Below, one piece after another: positions 36,543-49,134 of a DNA stretch of 64,000 nt; within the stretch, counting starts at the first letter, position 1, and each line of letters begins with the position of its first letter. The translations under genes and the position numbers were made by a program. The DNA is from Macrostomum hystrix (Eukaryota; Animalia; Platyhelminthes). Under the pieces are notes generated by a model. The model was not told where the DNA came from and did not search any database. It saw only the letters and a list, made by a program, of their open reading frames with translations. The stretch spans positions 19,716,001 to 19,780,000 of the forward strand of contig CATNEN010000038.1 of assembly GCA_950097015.1 (NCBI GenBank), read 5' to 3'.

Positions 36543-37894
36543 TATTGCCAAAAAGCCTTTCGAACACAGTCTGAGTCCCAAAATGTAGGCTGCAAATATA
36601 GTTATGCAAGCTAAAGTACCATTTTAATTATGCCCTACTCAGTATGGCACAGTTTTGTAATCTATGAACTCAATTCATTTATAAGGGCTTTAGTAACACA
36701 ATAAAATAGAATATATGAGTTAGTAGCATACTTGTTTATTTCTAATCTGACTTACGACTTATATATTTTTGTGTTCAGAAATATTAGAAATAAGCTTTGG
36801 AGTAAAGAAAAGTATGTAGCTGTATTTAAAATTGAAAATGGTTTATAACAACTAATAGACAGCAAGACATTAGCTTGCTATTAACATTAGTTAGGCTGAA
36901 ACCATGGATAGCTAGATGGATATGACAATTGCCATAGTCAATATCAGTTCCCATTTGCTGAACATAAATTCATAAAGACTTGAGATATACAAAGTACTAG
37001 CTATATACTGTAAATAAACTGCTTGTTATAAATGCATAGAGTTCTATGTCTGCCTATTTGAGTAAATCTGTCACAACATGTGTTTCTGTGTTTTGTCATC
37101 ATAATAATAAATCTAGCTAATCTAAATCTAAATCTAATCTAAATCTAATAAATCTTTAAATATATACATATATTATTTAAAGTTAAAACTTTAATTCAGT
37201 TTCATTTTTACATAGTTGTAGAAATACAATGTTTCATTTATATAAATAGTTTTATAAAAAAATTCTGTAACTTCTAAAAAACGAACAGCTGTTTAACATC
37301 AAAATAGTAAAAGAATAAACAAAATTACTACCATGTGAGTTATAGGAGTTTCTTAAAAGAGATAAACTCTAGTTCATATTATATCAATATGTTTTGTTTA
37401 AAAACCTTCCAGATAATTATTTTCTCCTTTTTTATAATGGTGAAACTGAAAAGGGCAAGTTATATGTGGTTTAAGCTTTTCAGCACCAGTTTTTTGTAAA
37501 CTACATTTAACATATACAGTATTGAAAAACTTTCTTGTTCTCAGATTTTTGTTGAAAAGAACTGTAGTGTTTTTATTGTACAGAGAATGTTGTATTGTGA
37601 GTGTAAATTAATAGGAAATGACTTTTTTATTTACTAAAATTATATTGACTTCAATTTAATACAAAGTTTGAACAAATACACAAATCTTGTTTCGTTTAGC
37701 ATTTAACTTTCAAGATTTTTAGAATTTTCTATAAGTGAACAAATTTTAAGCTGAAACTAAAATTTGAAACCATGATTTGAAAGTTCTAAAAGTTTAAAAT
37801 GCCCCATTACTTTGGAATTGAAGAACTGAAACTAAATATTTGAAATACATTACATTTCATTTTTACAGCATGCACTAGGCATGATCTGAGCAAT

Positions 37895-38353
37895 GGCAAT
37901 CCTTCTGTACCCCCAGTAAATAAAGGAAAGTAGTTTTTTCGAAAGAAAATTATAATAGAAGTAAGGTGGCACTTTTATTATCTTTTATTAGCATAGATAG
38001 TAGATCAGGTAAGCAGTCCATTAGCATGGATAGTAATGCCAGATCCAGTAGATCAGGTTTCCAAGCATGTTAGAACCAAAATGACGTTTCCAAATGAACT
38101 CCTGAAGATATGTCAAACAAGTTGTCAGATGTGCCATGCATCCAACACAGCTTTGCTTTGAAATTTCCCCAGGCACCCTCAATGCTATTGGTGTGCACTG
38201 TAGGATCTGATTGTAGGATTCAAACAAATGTACACAAAAAGTGACAATTCTGTGCTAGGAATAAAAGATAAAAGTGCCGCCTTACTTACATTATCATTTT
38301 CTTTTGAAAAAAAAACTATACTCCTGAATTTATGGGGGTATGGAAGGATTGCC
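37895..38353 (-). mobile_element. Merlin (IS1016/IS1595-like) deletion derivative
   Basis: ~100-bp imperfect TIRs (GGCAATCC...GGATTGCC) and an 8-bp TSD tgagcaat/taagcaat. A frameshifted internal remnant reads VHTNSIEGAWGNFK and YLQEFIWKR, which are ISXO2-type motifs. Confidence 0.75.
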
Positions 38354-38793
38354 TAAGCAATTAATATAGGTAGACAAAGTGTCAAAAAACATATTTTCTA
38401 TTCTCTCATTCTCAATAGGCCTAGGACAACAATAGTTATGGCACTTCAACAAATAGAAATTGGACCAAAAATTGTTTACTTAATTATGAATACTTAATGA
38501 CAGCTAATCTATCTTTAGTCATTTCATCAAGGCTGTGGACATCATCTAGATCATGGCCTATACACCAAATTGAATGGGCACACAATCCAACTGTTGCAAA
38601 TGCTTGTTGGCATACATTTAGTTCCAGTTACAAACAAAATAAAAATACATTAGCATAGTTATTGAAAAAGAAATAATTTAAAATACTGATCAAGGCTAAC
38701 TTTATTGTTCAATTAAAACAGGGCCAAATAACTCTTGCTTCTAAATAATGTTTATTGGCACTTTATCAGATTGTGATAATTGGTAAAAAATAT

Positions 38794-39394
38794 GGCAGTG
38801 CTTATCCCTACGGTACCGTGGAAATAATTTTTGTCTTATTCCTACGGTACCGTGGGAATAATTTCCTGCTTATCCGCACGGCACACTGACGAGATAGCTG
38901 TCCTATCTTCAACATATTCCGTTGGCACTGTCAGACATTTTTTATGGACCTATTTTAACTTGGCCTAGAATAAAGTAATAGACTGGATTATAGACTTAGA
39001 AGGCTTGAGCTATAAGATTAGAAAAATACACAAATGACTTCAGTTGTATTCTTTTGAATATATAAATAATAGAAATATATATTTTATATACTTTAAAAAG
39101 CCACCGTATTGGGTAACTACTTGCGAAAAAAGCAGAAAACTTTAATTTGTTTACTTGCTTTTAAAAACCGGAAGAAAAAAGGAAAATTGCAGTCATGATA
39201 AAAAGATAGATGATAAGACAGCTATCTCGTCAGTGTGCCATGCGGATAAGCAGGAAATTATTCCCACGGAATATGTTGAAGATAGGACAGCTATCTCATC
39301 AGTGTGCCGTGCGGATAAGCAGGAAATTATTCCCACGGTACCGTAGGAATAAGACAAAAATTATTTCTACGGTACCGTGGGGATAAGCACTGCC
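38794..39394. mobile_element. Non-autonomous TIR element (MITE), 9-bp TSD
   Basis: ~128-bp near-perfect TIRs starting GGCAGTGCTTATCCC, flanked by aaaaaatat on both sides. Confidence 0.88.
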
Positions 39395-39799
39395 AAAAAA
39401 TATAGGCCCTAGGCCTATGCAGCATTTTGTTGTTCAAAACATATTTATTTTTTAATGGAGCCCTCTATGCAGATTATTCTATACTTAATTAAAAAATTGC
39501 ATCTAGCCCTGTTTGGATTTTTATTTTCATTTGAGGGACTTAGGTATTGACATAATTGACACAAAAGCAAAAAGTTTGGGAGTTGGCATACAAGGGTAAG
39601 ATTTTGTTTATACAGTTAAAAAAAATTGAAGCTTTAGTTTAGTGTACACCATGTGTATTATATAGCCATAAGGCTATAAATATGTTCAAATAGCTTGCTT
39701 GAAAATGATAGGAAATTGCCCATTGGTTTTGAAAAGGCATAGGCCTAGATTTCTCCTAGTCCTACTAGGTCTAATGTCTAGTCTATGTCTAAAGTAAAG

Positions 39800-40277
39800 G
39801 GTCCCAGGTCATTTCGGTGACAAGAAATTTCAGTGACAGTCATTTCAGTGACAGAATTGGTCAGTTTGGTGACAACTATTTTTGCACCTAAATATGCTAA
39901 GAAAACAGCCTTCCACAATCCAGCAGCTGCTTAAAGCCTGCACTCGCCTTGTCAATCCAAAACTTGAAAAATGATTATTAGGCCTATACACATTTAATTA
40001 GGAATGAATAACTATTGAAACTATTGACTACTCATTAAATAATTTAATAATTTAACTCATTTAAAGTAAAACCCAGACTTTAACATAGTGATGCAGCTTC
40101 CTATTAATACTTTTAGCATTATTTAAATAATATTTTATATGTGTGCATAGGCCTAGTTAAAATGGAAGGCAGTTTTTTAGCATATTTAGGTGCAAAAATA
40201 GTTGTCACCAATCTGACCAATTGTGTCACCGAAATGACTGTCACCGAAATGTCTTGTCACCGAAATGACCTGGGACC
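39800..40277. mobile_element. Non-autonomous TIR element (MITE), 8-bp TSD
   Basis: ~115-bp TIRs starting GGTCCCAGGTCATTTCGGTGAC, with internal gtcaccgaaat repeats, flanked by aagtaaag on both sides. Confidence 0.88.
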
Positions 40278-41793
40278 AAGTAAAGCAATGTCTAAAATTG
40301 GCTTTAAAAATAAAACTGTCCAATTTCAAAATTTAAAAGCACAGGGCTCAACATATGCCGAATGATAACGTAACAATTTAAAAAAGCAAATATAAATGCA
40401 AAATTGCGCAGTAACTAGGAACTTAGAAAGAGAAACCAAATTGGGGTATTAAACCTTTCTGACAGTGACACTATTTAACGAGGCAGAAAACTCAATTTGG
40501 TTTATGCTTTTGGTTGCTGTAGAGTGTAGAGCAATGTAGAGCAAATTTACTTACAACAGTTTCTAGCACGATAAATGTTCGTATAACTTATTATAGTGAA
40601 CATGAACACGTAAAAGCAAATCGAAAATCGCTGGTTGGCCGCTCGTTTCTTTGCTTCACATGCAGTTTAAACTAGTGCGAAGTATTTGTTTGTTATAACT
40701 ACTTTGTTCAGTAAAAGGTACTATTGATATTTATTCTAGACTTTAAGTCATAATAGCAATGAAAATTTATGTTTATTCATTTATTATTAGCTACTTTTTG
40801 TGTATGCACCTGTTGCTATCAAGCGACTTTTCTGAATTGTAATTTAAATCGCTAAGACTGCTGGTTAATATGGTTATTAGGTTACCTCGAGATTAGGTTT
40901 TTTGTCGTTTCTATATCCTTTTTGTTCTTCAATGAACTTTTTTATCGGCTATCCTATGATACACGCTATATGTTATTCTGAGTTGCATGTACCTGCAATA
41001 GTATAGTATATATAAATATATTAAATCGATATATTAACGTCATTTAATGGCTTACTAATACATCGCTAATGGTTAAGACTAAGACTAAGAGAGTGATTTC
41101 CAAAAACGAAGACTAATAAAAGCATGTGTTGCGTGGCAAAATTTCAAGTTACATATTTTCTTGGCTTATTTTGATGTAGGACACATTCTTTGTTTTTGTG
41201 CACTTCTGGTCCGTCTATTCGTTTAATAATGAAGCCTGATCAGATGTACACGAATCTTATTTCATGGGCATAATATCGGTACTGTCTCTTATACTTATTG
41301 ATGATTGACGGATAAAACTATAATGTCTAAAGAACATACTGAGAGGTTTATATTAATAAAAAATGTCAAATCAAAATTTAGAAAAGCTTTTATATATTAC
41401 TCAGTTTTGCATGGCGATTCGGACAGCATTTTTAATATCGTTTAGCTTTGGTTTGATTAGTCATAAATAACATCAAGACCAATGATTTATATATATATTT
41501 ATTTATTTATATTGGTTAAGCAAGGCTTCATCTGAGGCTTAAGCAGAATTTCTTGAGACCAAAGTAACCTCAAATACTGATGCTTGCACCTAAAATTTAA
41601 AACAATCTCCGTGCTTTTAGCCTTTGTTCTTGATTCTTGTTCTCGAGTTTTAGTTCGCATTTTTTTGCAGGCATTATGCTCCAAAAAGGGTAGCACTCAT
41701 GAAAAGAGCTCAATAGCCCGTAGTCTATTAGTTTACACTAAACTTGTTATATACTACCTTTTCATTCATGCTGACTATTTAATTCCAGCGAAA

Positions 41794-44684
41794 ATGCCAC
41801 CGAAGGGAAAGAAGGGAAAGAAGAAGAAGGGTTCTGGCAAGCTGGCCAAGATGACAGAAGAAGAAAGAATGCTCTACTTGGAGCAACAGCGGCTGGCTGA
41901 AGAAGAATTTAAAAAGCAAAGAGAAGATTTTCTTAACGCTTATTTGCAGGTAAAACTGAGCAAAGTTTTCGAGAATTATCTGTTTTTTAGAACGTCTAAG
42001 CTTTAAATGTCGATAGAGTTAAATTTTATCGCGCAATAAAATATTTTCAAATAACTACCAATTCAGGGCAAGATTGGTCATGAAGAGAAGTTCTCAAAGC
42101 TCAACCAGTACAAGCTCAACCATCAATGGCGCAACATCATGCGAGAAGTCAAGTCTAAGGAACTGAAAAGGGACATTGAAATTCTCAGCCAGACGTTTGA
42201 ACGCGTTGTGGATCGCAAAGAGAGTGTACTCAAATCCCTGGTGAAGGACATCGAAGAGGCTGACGAACAGCTGAGCTTGGCAGTGCGCGCCCACCTGCAG
42301 AACGTTGACCGGCTGATCGACATTCAAAACCGGCGAGTCAGTAAGCTGACCTCCCAGTACCAAGCCGAGAAGGAGATGATTCGGGGCGAGTTCGATTCTG
42401 AGGATGCCTGCGTCAGCGATCAACACGACCGAGACATGAAGGACCTTCAGGACGTACTCTACGGCCTCGAGGAGAGCTTCATGGAAAGGGAGGTCGACGC
42501 CAGGGCTGAATTCCAGAGCATGCGAGACGAAATAAAGAACAAGGTAAATAATTGTAATCGGAATATTAGTACTAATACAGGACACAAGAATCAAACAGTA
42601 AAATTTGACAGTTTTTGTTTTACCATTCTATTTTGTTTTCAGAACAACGAAGAGAAGCACTCGCTTCGCATCATGCTAGAGGGCAAAGTTGATGATTATT
42701 GGAACCAGTTCAACGACGCCAAGAAGGCCTACAACGAGGCCACTCGCGACAAGAAGGCCATGTTCGAAGACTACAAGCAGCGGGACGAGCGCTCCTCAAC
42801 CGAGATCGAGCGCCAGATGCGCATGCTGCAGAAGATTGGCGGCCAGATATCAGCCGTGAAGCAGAAGATGGCGCTGAATTCGCGCACCTACGATGACCGC
42901 AATCGGATGCTAAAGGAGGAGCGAGAGAAGATGATGCTGCACTTCCAGCAGCTCAAGGCTCAGATGAACAAGATCCGCGAGCTGCAACGCGAGAAGCTGA
43001 CCAAGATGACGCTGGAGAGCAACGGAGCGCTCAAGGAGCTGAGAAGGCAGGGTGGCAAGGCTGATCGGATCCTCAAACTGGGTGAGAATTGGAAGCGTCT
43101 AAACAAATCAAAGACGGAGCTCAGCCAAGGGCATGAAAACAAAAATCTAACTGTATTGATTTTAAACTTCTAGCCAGAATCCGCTGACTCCAGGTCATAG
43201 ATACCCTGCAGGCACACACTACTCAGGTGTGTACATCTGCCGTGACTTTCTAATCGTCAGGCAGTGTATAATTCCACTGTAGTGCCTTGGAGGTTGTCCC
43301 TCAAGGGCCCTAAGCCTTCTTTCCGCGGCTGTGCATTAGAATGGAGCCTCTCTGCGGGTTCTAGTTCAGTGACCTAGGTGCAAGACGCGAACACTCTGTC
43401 ACTCCCCTCCGCGAGAGAAGAAGACTCAAGATTAAGGTAAAAACTTCCCAGCAAACGCTGAGCATGAGCATGCGCTCGTGAATACACGTTTACTTTTAAT
43501 ATAAATCCATAGCCGAGATGTGCCGCAAATTGGAGACCGAGGAGGAGAAGGTCCTGCCGTTCCCCGCCACCTCGCTGACACCCGAGGAGCTGGAAGACGT
43601 GGCTGTGGCGCTGAAGGAGGAGCCAAACGAGCCATTAGCAGCCGCAATGCGTCGATACCAGAATCTGGAGGAGTTCTGGCGCCGATTCAACAAGGTGATG
43701 CTAGACAAGCTGGCCCTTGACAAGGAGAAGTCTGTGCTGATGTCGGAGAATTTGCAGCTGCGCAGTCTACTCAAGCAGTATCTGGATGGCGTCTCGGTTA
43801 ACGATGAGATTCTCAGCAGCGTTAACCCACTGATTGTGGTTAACGGAAGGTCTAACATCAAGTGAGTTGTTTGCTATATCAGTATTTGTACTTCGCTCTG
43901 GTCGCAATTAACAGTTGGACAACGAAACTATTTCGCCACCAGTTTTGATTAACAAGGGGGTAAATTCCCTCCCCCTAGAATTTTTTTGGCTGCTCCTAAA
44001 TGCTAACAGCGTCGAGTGGTGACTGGTTGGTTGACAGACTAGGCGATGGTGTCCTATGGTTGAGCTGCGCCTAATATTTAGGCTTGATCAGTGAAATTAG
44101 AGAAATTCGCGTCCGGGTGTCCATAGGGGCCTATGTCCACATGTTTTAGTCTTTGAAGGTCCAGCAGTCCGTCTAGATAAAACTGGGTGAACACCGAAGT
44201 TGGAGATGATGCAGGTCCATCCAGGTGACATGCTGATAAATTTTCAAGGCCGCACTGAGGCGCAGTGCTAATTAATTCGTGTATATGGGTGTATAAAAAA
44301 CACTAGAGCTTAACGAAAAAATGATACCTTCGGCCAGAACCATTGAATATCTAGACGGTCTGAAGAGCTGGCGACTTGATTCTTGTTTTAGAAGATGCGC
44401 AACAAAAAGTTGGCCATGTTCTTGAGTTTCATGTGCTTGCCTCGCTCTGTTCGGGTGCATTGTCAAGGGGGAAGGGAATTTCCCCCTCTAGGTACTCGTA
44501 GTTCTACTGTTAATCTTAGTCGTTAATTTTACAACCGATATGCAGATAAAGGAACTTTATCTTCAGCCAGCTCCTCATTCATTACTATTCCAGTCTGAAG
44601 CCACCAATGCAGGATCCCAGGGTACGTCCAGCACCAACGGTCACTGTTGAAGGCAACCTGGAGGTTCGCAGCAAGCGTCTGTGA
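41794..44684 (+). CDS. CCDC65: Dynein regulatory complex subunit 2 (CCDC65), 503 aa, 5 exons
   Basis: Exons 41794-41949, 42067-42543, 42643-43081, 43513-43861 and 44594-44684 join in frame. Motifs: MPPKGKK..MTEEER, WRNIMRE..ELKRDIEILSQTFERVVDRK, AEMCRKLETEEEKVLPF, FWRRFNKV.LD...LKQYLDGVSV. Confidence 0.9.
43180..43400 (-). mobile_element. SINE family A, diverged copy in a CCDC65 intron
   Basis: gctgactcc...gtgtacatctgccgtgactttctaatcgtcaggcagtgta...ccttggaggttg. Confidence 0.6.
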
Positions 44685-45294
44685 ACACCCATCTCCAGAA
44701 TTGCTATTTCTACGGATTTATTTTGACTGAAAAATAATTTCAAATGTACTTTTACACCCCGCTGCTCTTCCCTGATCGAGAAGAATGTTGATGTTGATTG
44801 ATAATTTTGGTGCGAAAAAAATAACTCTACAAAAGTTAAAAACATTTTTAGGAAGTGAGTATCGATATATCTTTTTTTGTTCTCGTATTTCAAAATGTCT
44901 TCCAGAAGTACAAACTTTTTTATTCTACTTTCGCTCTTCCACCAAGTTTTCTGTGCATGAATCGTTTGGAAATATACACAACATCTGGGTCATATTGTAT
45001 TATTTTGATACGAAGAGAATAATATTAATTCAAACTAAAATTTACATACCTTACATGTCATCTCACCACGAAAAGGCCTTTGAAATTTCATTTACTTAAA
45101 GTGCGTGTGTTCATGTGATTAAGCCCGATTGTTCAAAGTATATTTATTCAAAGGCACTCGCCCTGTAGATTGTGCGGTAGCTGTGTTGTGGTCTGAATTT
45201 GCAAGGTCAAAATCTCTATTATAATTCCAGCCAGGGATTTTTTAATTAGAAACTATTACTTAAAACAGTTCTGCCAACATGCACCCCTTGCATA

Positions 45295-45828
45295 GACTCA
45301 GCAACAGCTAAAACCCCCCAACTCACGCTGTCACACGGGCACAAAAGTTAAGCAATGTCTTTAATTCTAGTCTCAATCGTGTGTAGGAACCACGAGCGTG
45401 CAAAAGTGCCGTGACTCGTGACCGCCAGTCGCAACTGTTCAGCAACGCTGACGACAACAACGCTGCGCCACATCGAGCAGCACACGTGCAGCTGCTGAAT
45501 GAGCAGCTCGGCATTCGCACATTGAACTGGCCGTCAAAGTCTCCAGACATGAACCCCATCGAGCATGTCTGGGACTTTGTAAAGCGAAGAGTTCAGCAGG
45601 ATGCCCCACAGAATGCTGAACAGTTGCGACTGGCGGTGCTGAATGCCTGGCAGCAGCTGCCCCAAGAGTTCATCAACCGGCTGGTGATCAGGATGCCACG
45701 ACGAGTCACGGCACTTTTGCATGCTCGTGGTTCCTACATACGATACTGAGACTAGAATTAAAGACATTGCTTAACTTTTGTGCCCGTGTGACAGGGTGAG
45801 TTGGGGGGGGTTTAGCTGTTGCTGAGTA
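45295..45828 (+). mobile_element. Tc1/mariner deletion derivative with two right ends
   Basis: TA on both flanks and ~125-bp inverted arms. The internal 3' transposase fragment reads DDNNAAPH...WPSKSPDMNPIEHVW...MPRRV..L..ARG (45411-45749). Confidence 0.85.
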
Positions 45829-46326
45829 TAAACCAAAAGCTAACGAGGCAACCCCAATCCTAAAATCTTATTACAGTTTTTGTCTACTTATAAGAAGAGG
45901 GATTGTCAGTATTGCATGCCTAGTCCTATGTCTTCATATGTCCGAGTCGTAGTGCTCTGAATCTAGAAACTGGGGAGACAACTACCAAGTGTAAGGCTGA
46001 CTAGCTGTCCCGAAAATACACTGGGCAGATAGGAAATTAGGATGCACGTACTCTATGAACTTGAGCATCAGACAAAAAATGTCTTTTTTTCAGTATTTTC
46101 GATTTATAGAGACGAAAAGAATAAAAATTAAAAATAATTTGTGTTCCGTCGGCATGACTTTAGCTTCGAAAAGTGATCATGTTATTTTGTTACATACACA
46201 AATAAAATAGGTCAAGTTTTTCTCACACTACCAAATAAAGATTTTTTTAATTCATTGTTTGATGAAAAACAAAATTACATAATGTTTCGCACATAAAAAA
46301 GTTTTGGTTTGTAAGGAGAATCCACT

Positions 46327-48099
46327 TTAATTGTTGCCGCCACGAGAAGGCCTAGGCAGTGTACGGTGTCTGTTAACAAACTCTGCATCTCCCGTTGCGT
46401 TATGCTGCTCTTCTAGGCATGCGACATTCTCAAGTAGGCAGTTCAATCTGCCCTTTAACTTTTCAATTTCGTTCTCCTTCACCATCAGTTCGTCTTTATA
46501 CATTCTGATAGCTTCCTCAGCATGCCTGAGTTTCTCTTGAGTCTGGACCAGTTGAGCTTGCAGGTTCTGCTCCCTAGCCATCAAGTCAGTTGCACTCTGA
46601 GCAGCTGCCGTGTACTCAGCCTGAAGCTTTGAATACTCAAGATTCAACTTCTGCAGTTCAGACTCGGCATAGGCAGATCTCTGCTGCTCTGCTTCGAATA
46701 CATGGCGCAGCTGATCGCACATCTGGATGACGGAATCCCGCTTCTCGACTGTTTCCTGAAGCTTCTTGTCCACACCATCGCAGTAGCCTTGCAGGTCAGC
46801 GGCGAATTTCTCCGAGTCCTGCAGCCTGACAGTCGTCTCGTTCAACTGCTGCTGCAATTGCTTTATTGCTTTATTCAACTGCTCAACTTCAGATCCGGCA
46901 GATTCGGGTTGGACTATCCGCTGCTTAGATTGCTGCTCTAGCTCGGATTCATTCATGTCAGAATTTGTTCCATTTTTAGCCACACCTGAAGGACTCCCAT
47001 CTTGCTGCGTCAGCTGCTGACGCAACAGCTCGGAGAGTTGCATCGCTTCGTCTTGCAGAGTCACGCTGCGCAGTCCCTGTGCCTGCTTCACAGATTGAGC
47101 CTCCAAAACGGCTACTTTATTTTCGAGGCTCAGAATAGAGCGTGCCTGTTCATCGAGCTGCATGTCTTTCAGTCGCAGCCTCCTTTCAAAGTCGTGCCGC
47201 TCCCCTGTTGCCGCATCGGCGTCGATTTCCTTGTGGAATTCATGCTGCAAGCGCAAGAGCCTGAAATTGTAATACATAGTAAATTGTAATACAACGTGGG
47301 ATAATACATACATATTATGTGGAGACGTTGTACCACAGCTTCACATTCACATGTTGCTGTTGTTGTTTTCTAGTATTTTACGAGTAAATTGGTAGAAACA
47401 CTGAAAGGTGCTCGAAGAAATAATAATTAATATGTGAATTCTAAGAACTCTTTTTTCCTACACAATGAAGGCCGAATTTTCCTCAGCGATTTAAGCTAGC
47501 TCTTCCCTCTGCTCTTATGATTGGCTGTCTACCTCTCCCGCTGTCGTCCACCCCGCAGCTACCCTTAAAATGTGCCTTATTCACGCAAGTCTTTACCCGT
47601 ATCGCCAAGTCAACTTTTCTGACGTGCGCTCTGTGTGATTCCCGAAATGGCGTTTCTTATTTCGATGTCTCAATACTCAATTTAGTGCAGGTAACAATTA
47701 TTAGACTATGTAGAAAAAGCCAGGGACTAATAAAACTACTACACACTACTACTACGAGCGTAAAACTGCTAAACTAGTACAAAAACTAGGTAGTTTAAAT
47801 AGTCCCTTGGACAAGCTAATGGAAGAAATACAATGAAGGTGACTCGGTCAAAGCGTTAAAGCGAAGCCAGAGCTTATGAAAAAAGTAAGCTGATGTCAAG
47901 GGCGCCAGCTGGTCCGTTTTGGCACTAATGCACTACCGATAGGAACTCTTGAAAGGAAAGTTCTCGTAGACTATTTCTCCCTTTTTCACAAACAGAAAAT
48001 TTTCTCTGCAACTTACTGAGCTTTTAATTGATCATTAGATATAAACAGTTGTCTGAGCATTGTCTCGATGGCCCACTCCTTGTCACTGGACGAAGTCAT
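46327..48099 (-). CDS. Coiled-coil paralogue A (338 aa, 2 exons); 3' half almost identical to the 797-7042 gene
   Basis: Exons 48099-48017 (MTSSSDKEW..., phase 2) and 47260-46327. Segment 46296-46850 matches 766-1320 with about 6 substitutions. Confidence 0.65.
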
Positions 48100-49134
48100 T
48101 TTGTAATACGATCGGCTCGCAAGCAATGTTCTGCTAGTATCACCTGAAGCCAATTAAGCAATGGAGTAGCAGAAGTAGGTAGGCATGTTGAGCAGACGAG
48201 CTGTTCTTTTTATCGAACGTCTCTCTGTGCACCTGAGATATCAGATGTGAACTATAATTATCTATTTAAGAGCGTCTATTTTCAAATGCATAATGTCTGG
48301 ACCACGCCTAAACCGATCTTATCAACGCTGCAATGCACAAGCGCTTTTAATTTTTTATCTCTTTTAACTGAATCAAGCCTCTGTATTCGTTAAACTCCAT
48401 TTACTTTAATACATAGTTCTGTTTGCGACTGACCAGAAACTGTACAGAAAAGACCCTGAGAAATCTGAGTGGAAAAATTACCTGGTTCTTCTAGCACTAA
48501 CTTCCGATGAGTCCTTTAACGTTCGTTTTAACAAAACCAAGCATCACCAAGAGAGAGGGGGGAATTTCCATCAAAGATATAATACCGAACCTGTTGCATC
48601 ACTATAATACATAATACATTACTTCCGCAGGACCGGTAGAGCGATCAGAAACTTTGGCTGAGCCAGAAACAGGGGCCAGAACTGAAACATAATAAAGCAT
48701 TTGACAGAATGTAGCTTAAAATGACAATTTTATTCATCTAGCTCAAAAAATAATATTTACTACTTTTTTAAAGAAACTAAAAGAAGCCTTGACGGGCCGG
48801 CTAGAGCGTGAAAAACAAACATACCCAAAAACAAGCATAATTTTTCGGGCATTGAAAAAATTAAATATAATCATTATGCACTTATTGAAGAACTTGACTC
48901 ATTAAAAACACGTTTTAATCGTTTCAATCGTTTAAAAACATGCTACATCCGGTTAACACGAGCATAGGGAAATTTTTAACTGAATTTGCACGAGCGATAA
49001 TGTAGCAAATATAAGAAACAATGAGAAACTTCAACTAACCACACGTGCTTCCCGAAGTAATGCTAATATTTATAAAAAAGAGGTTCTTGCTGTTTAAAAT
49101 GGATTTGACCAACAAGAAACGTCTGTGGACCTTC

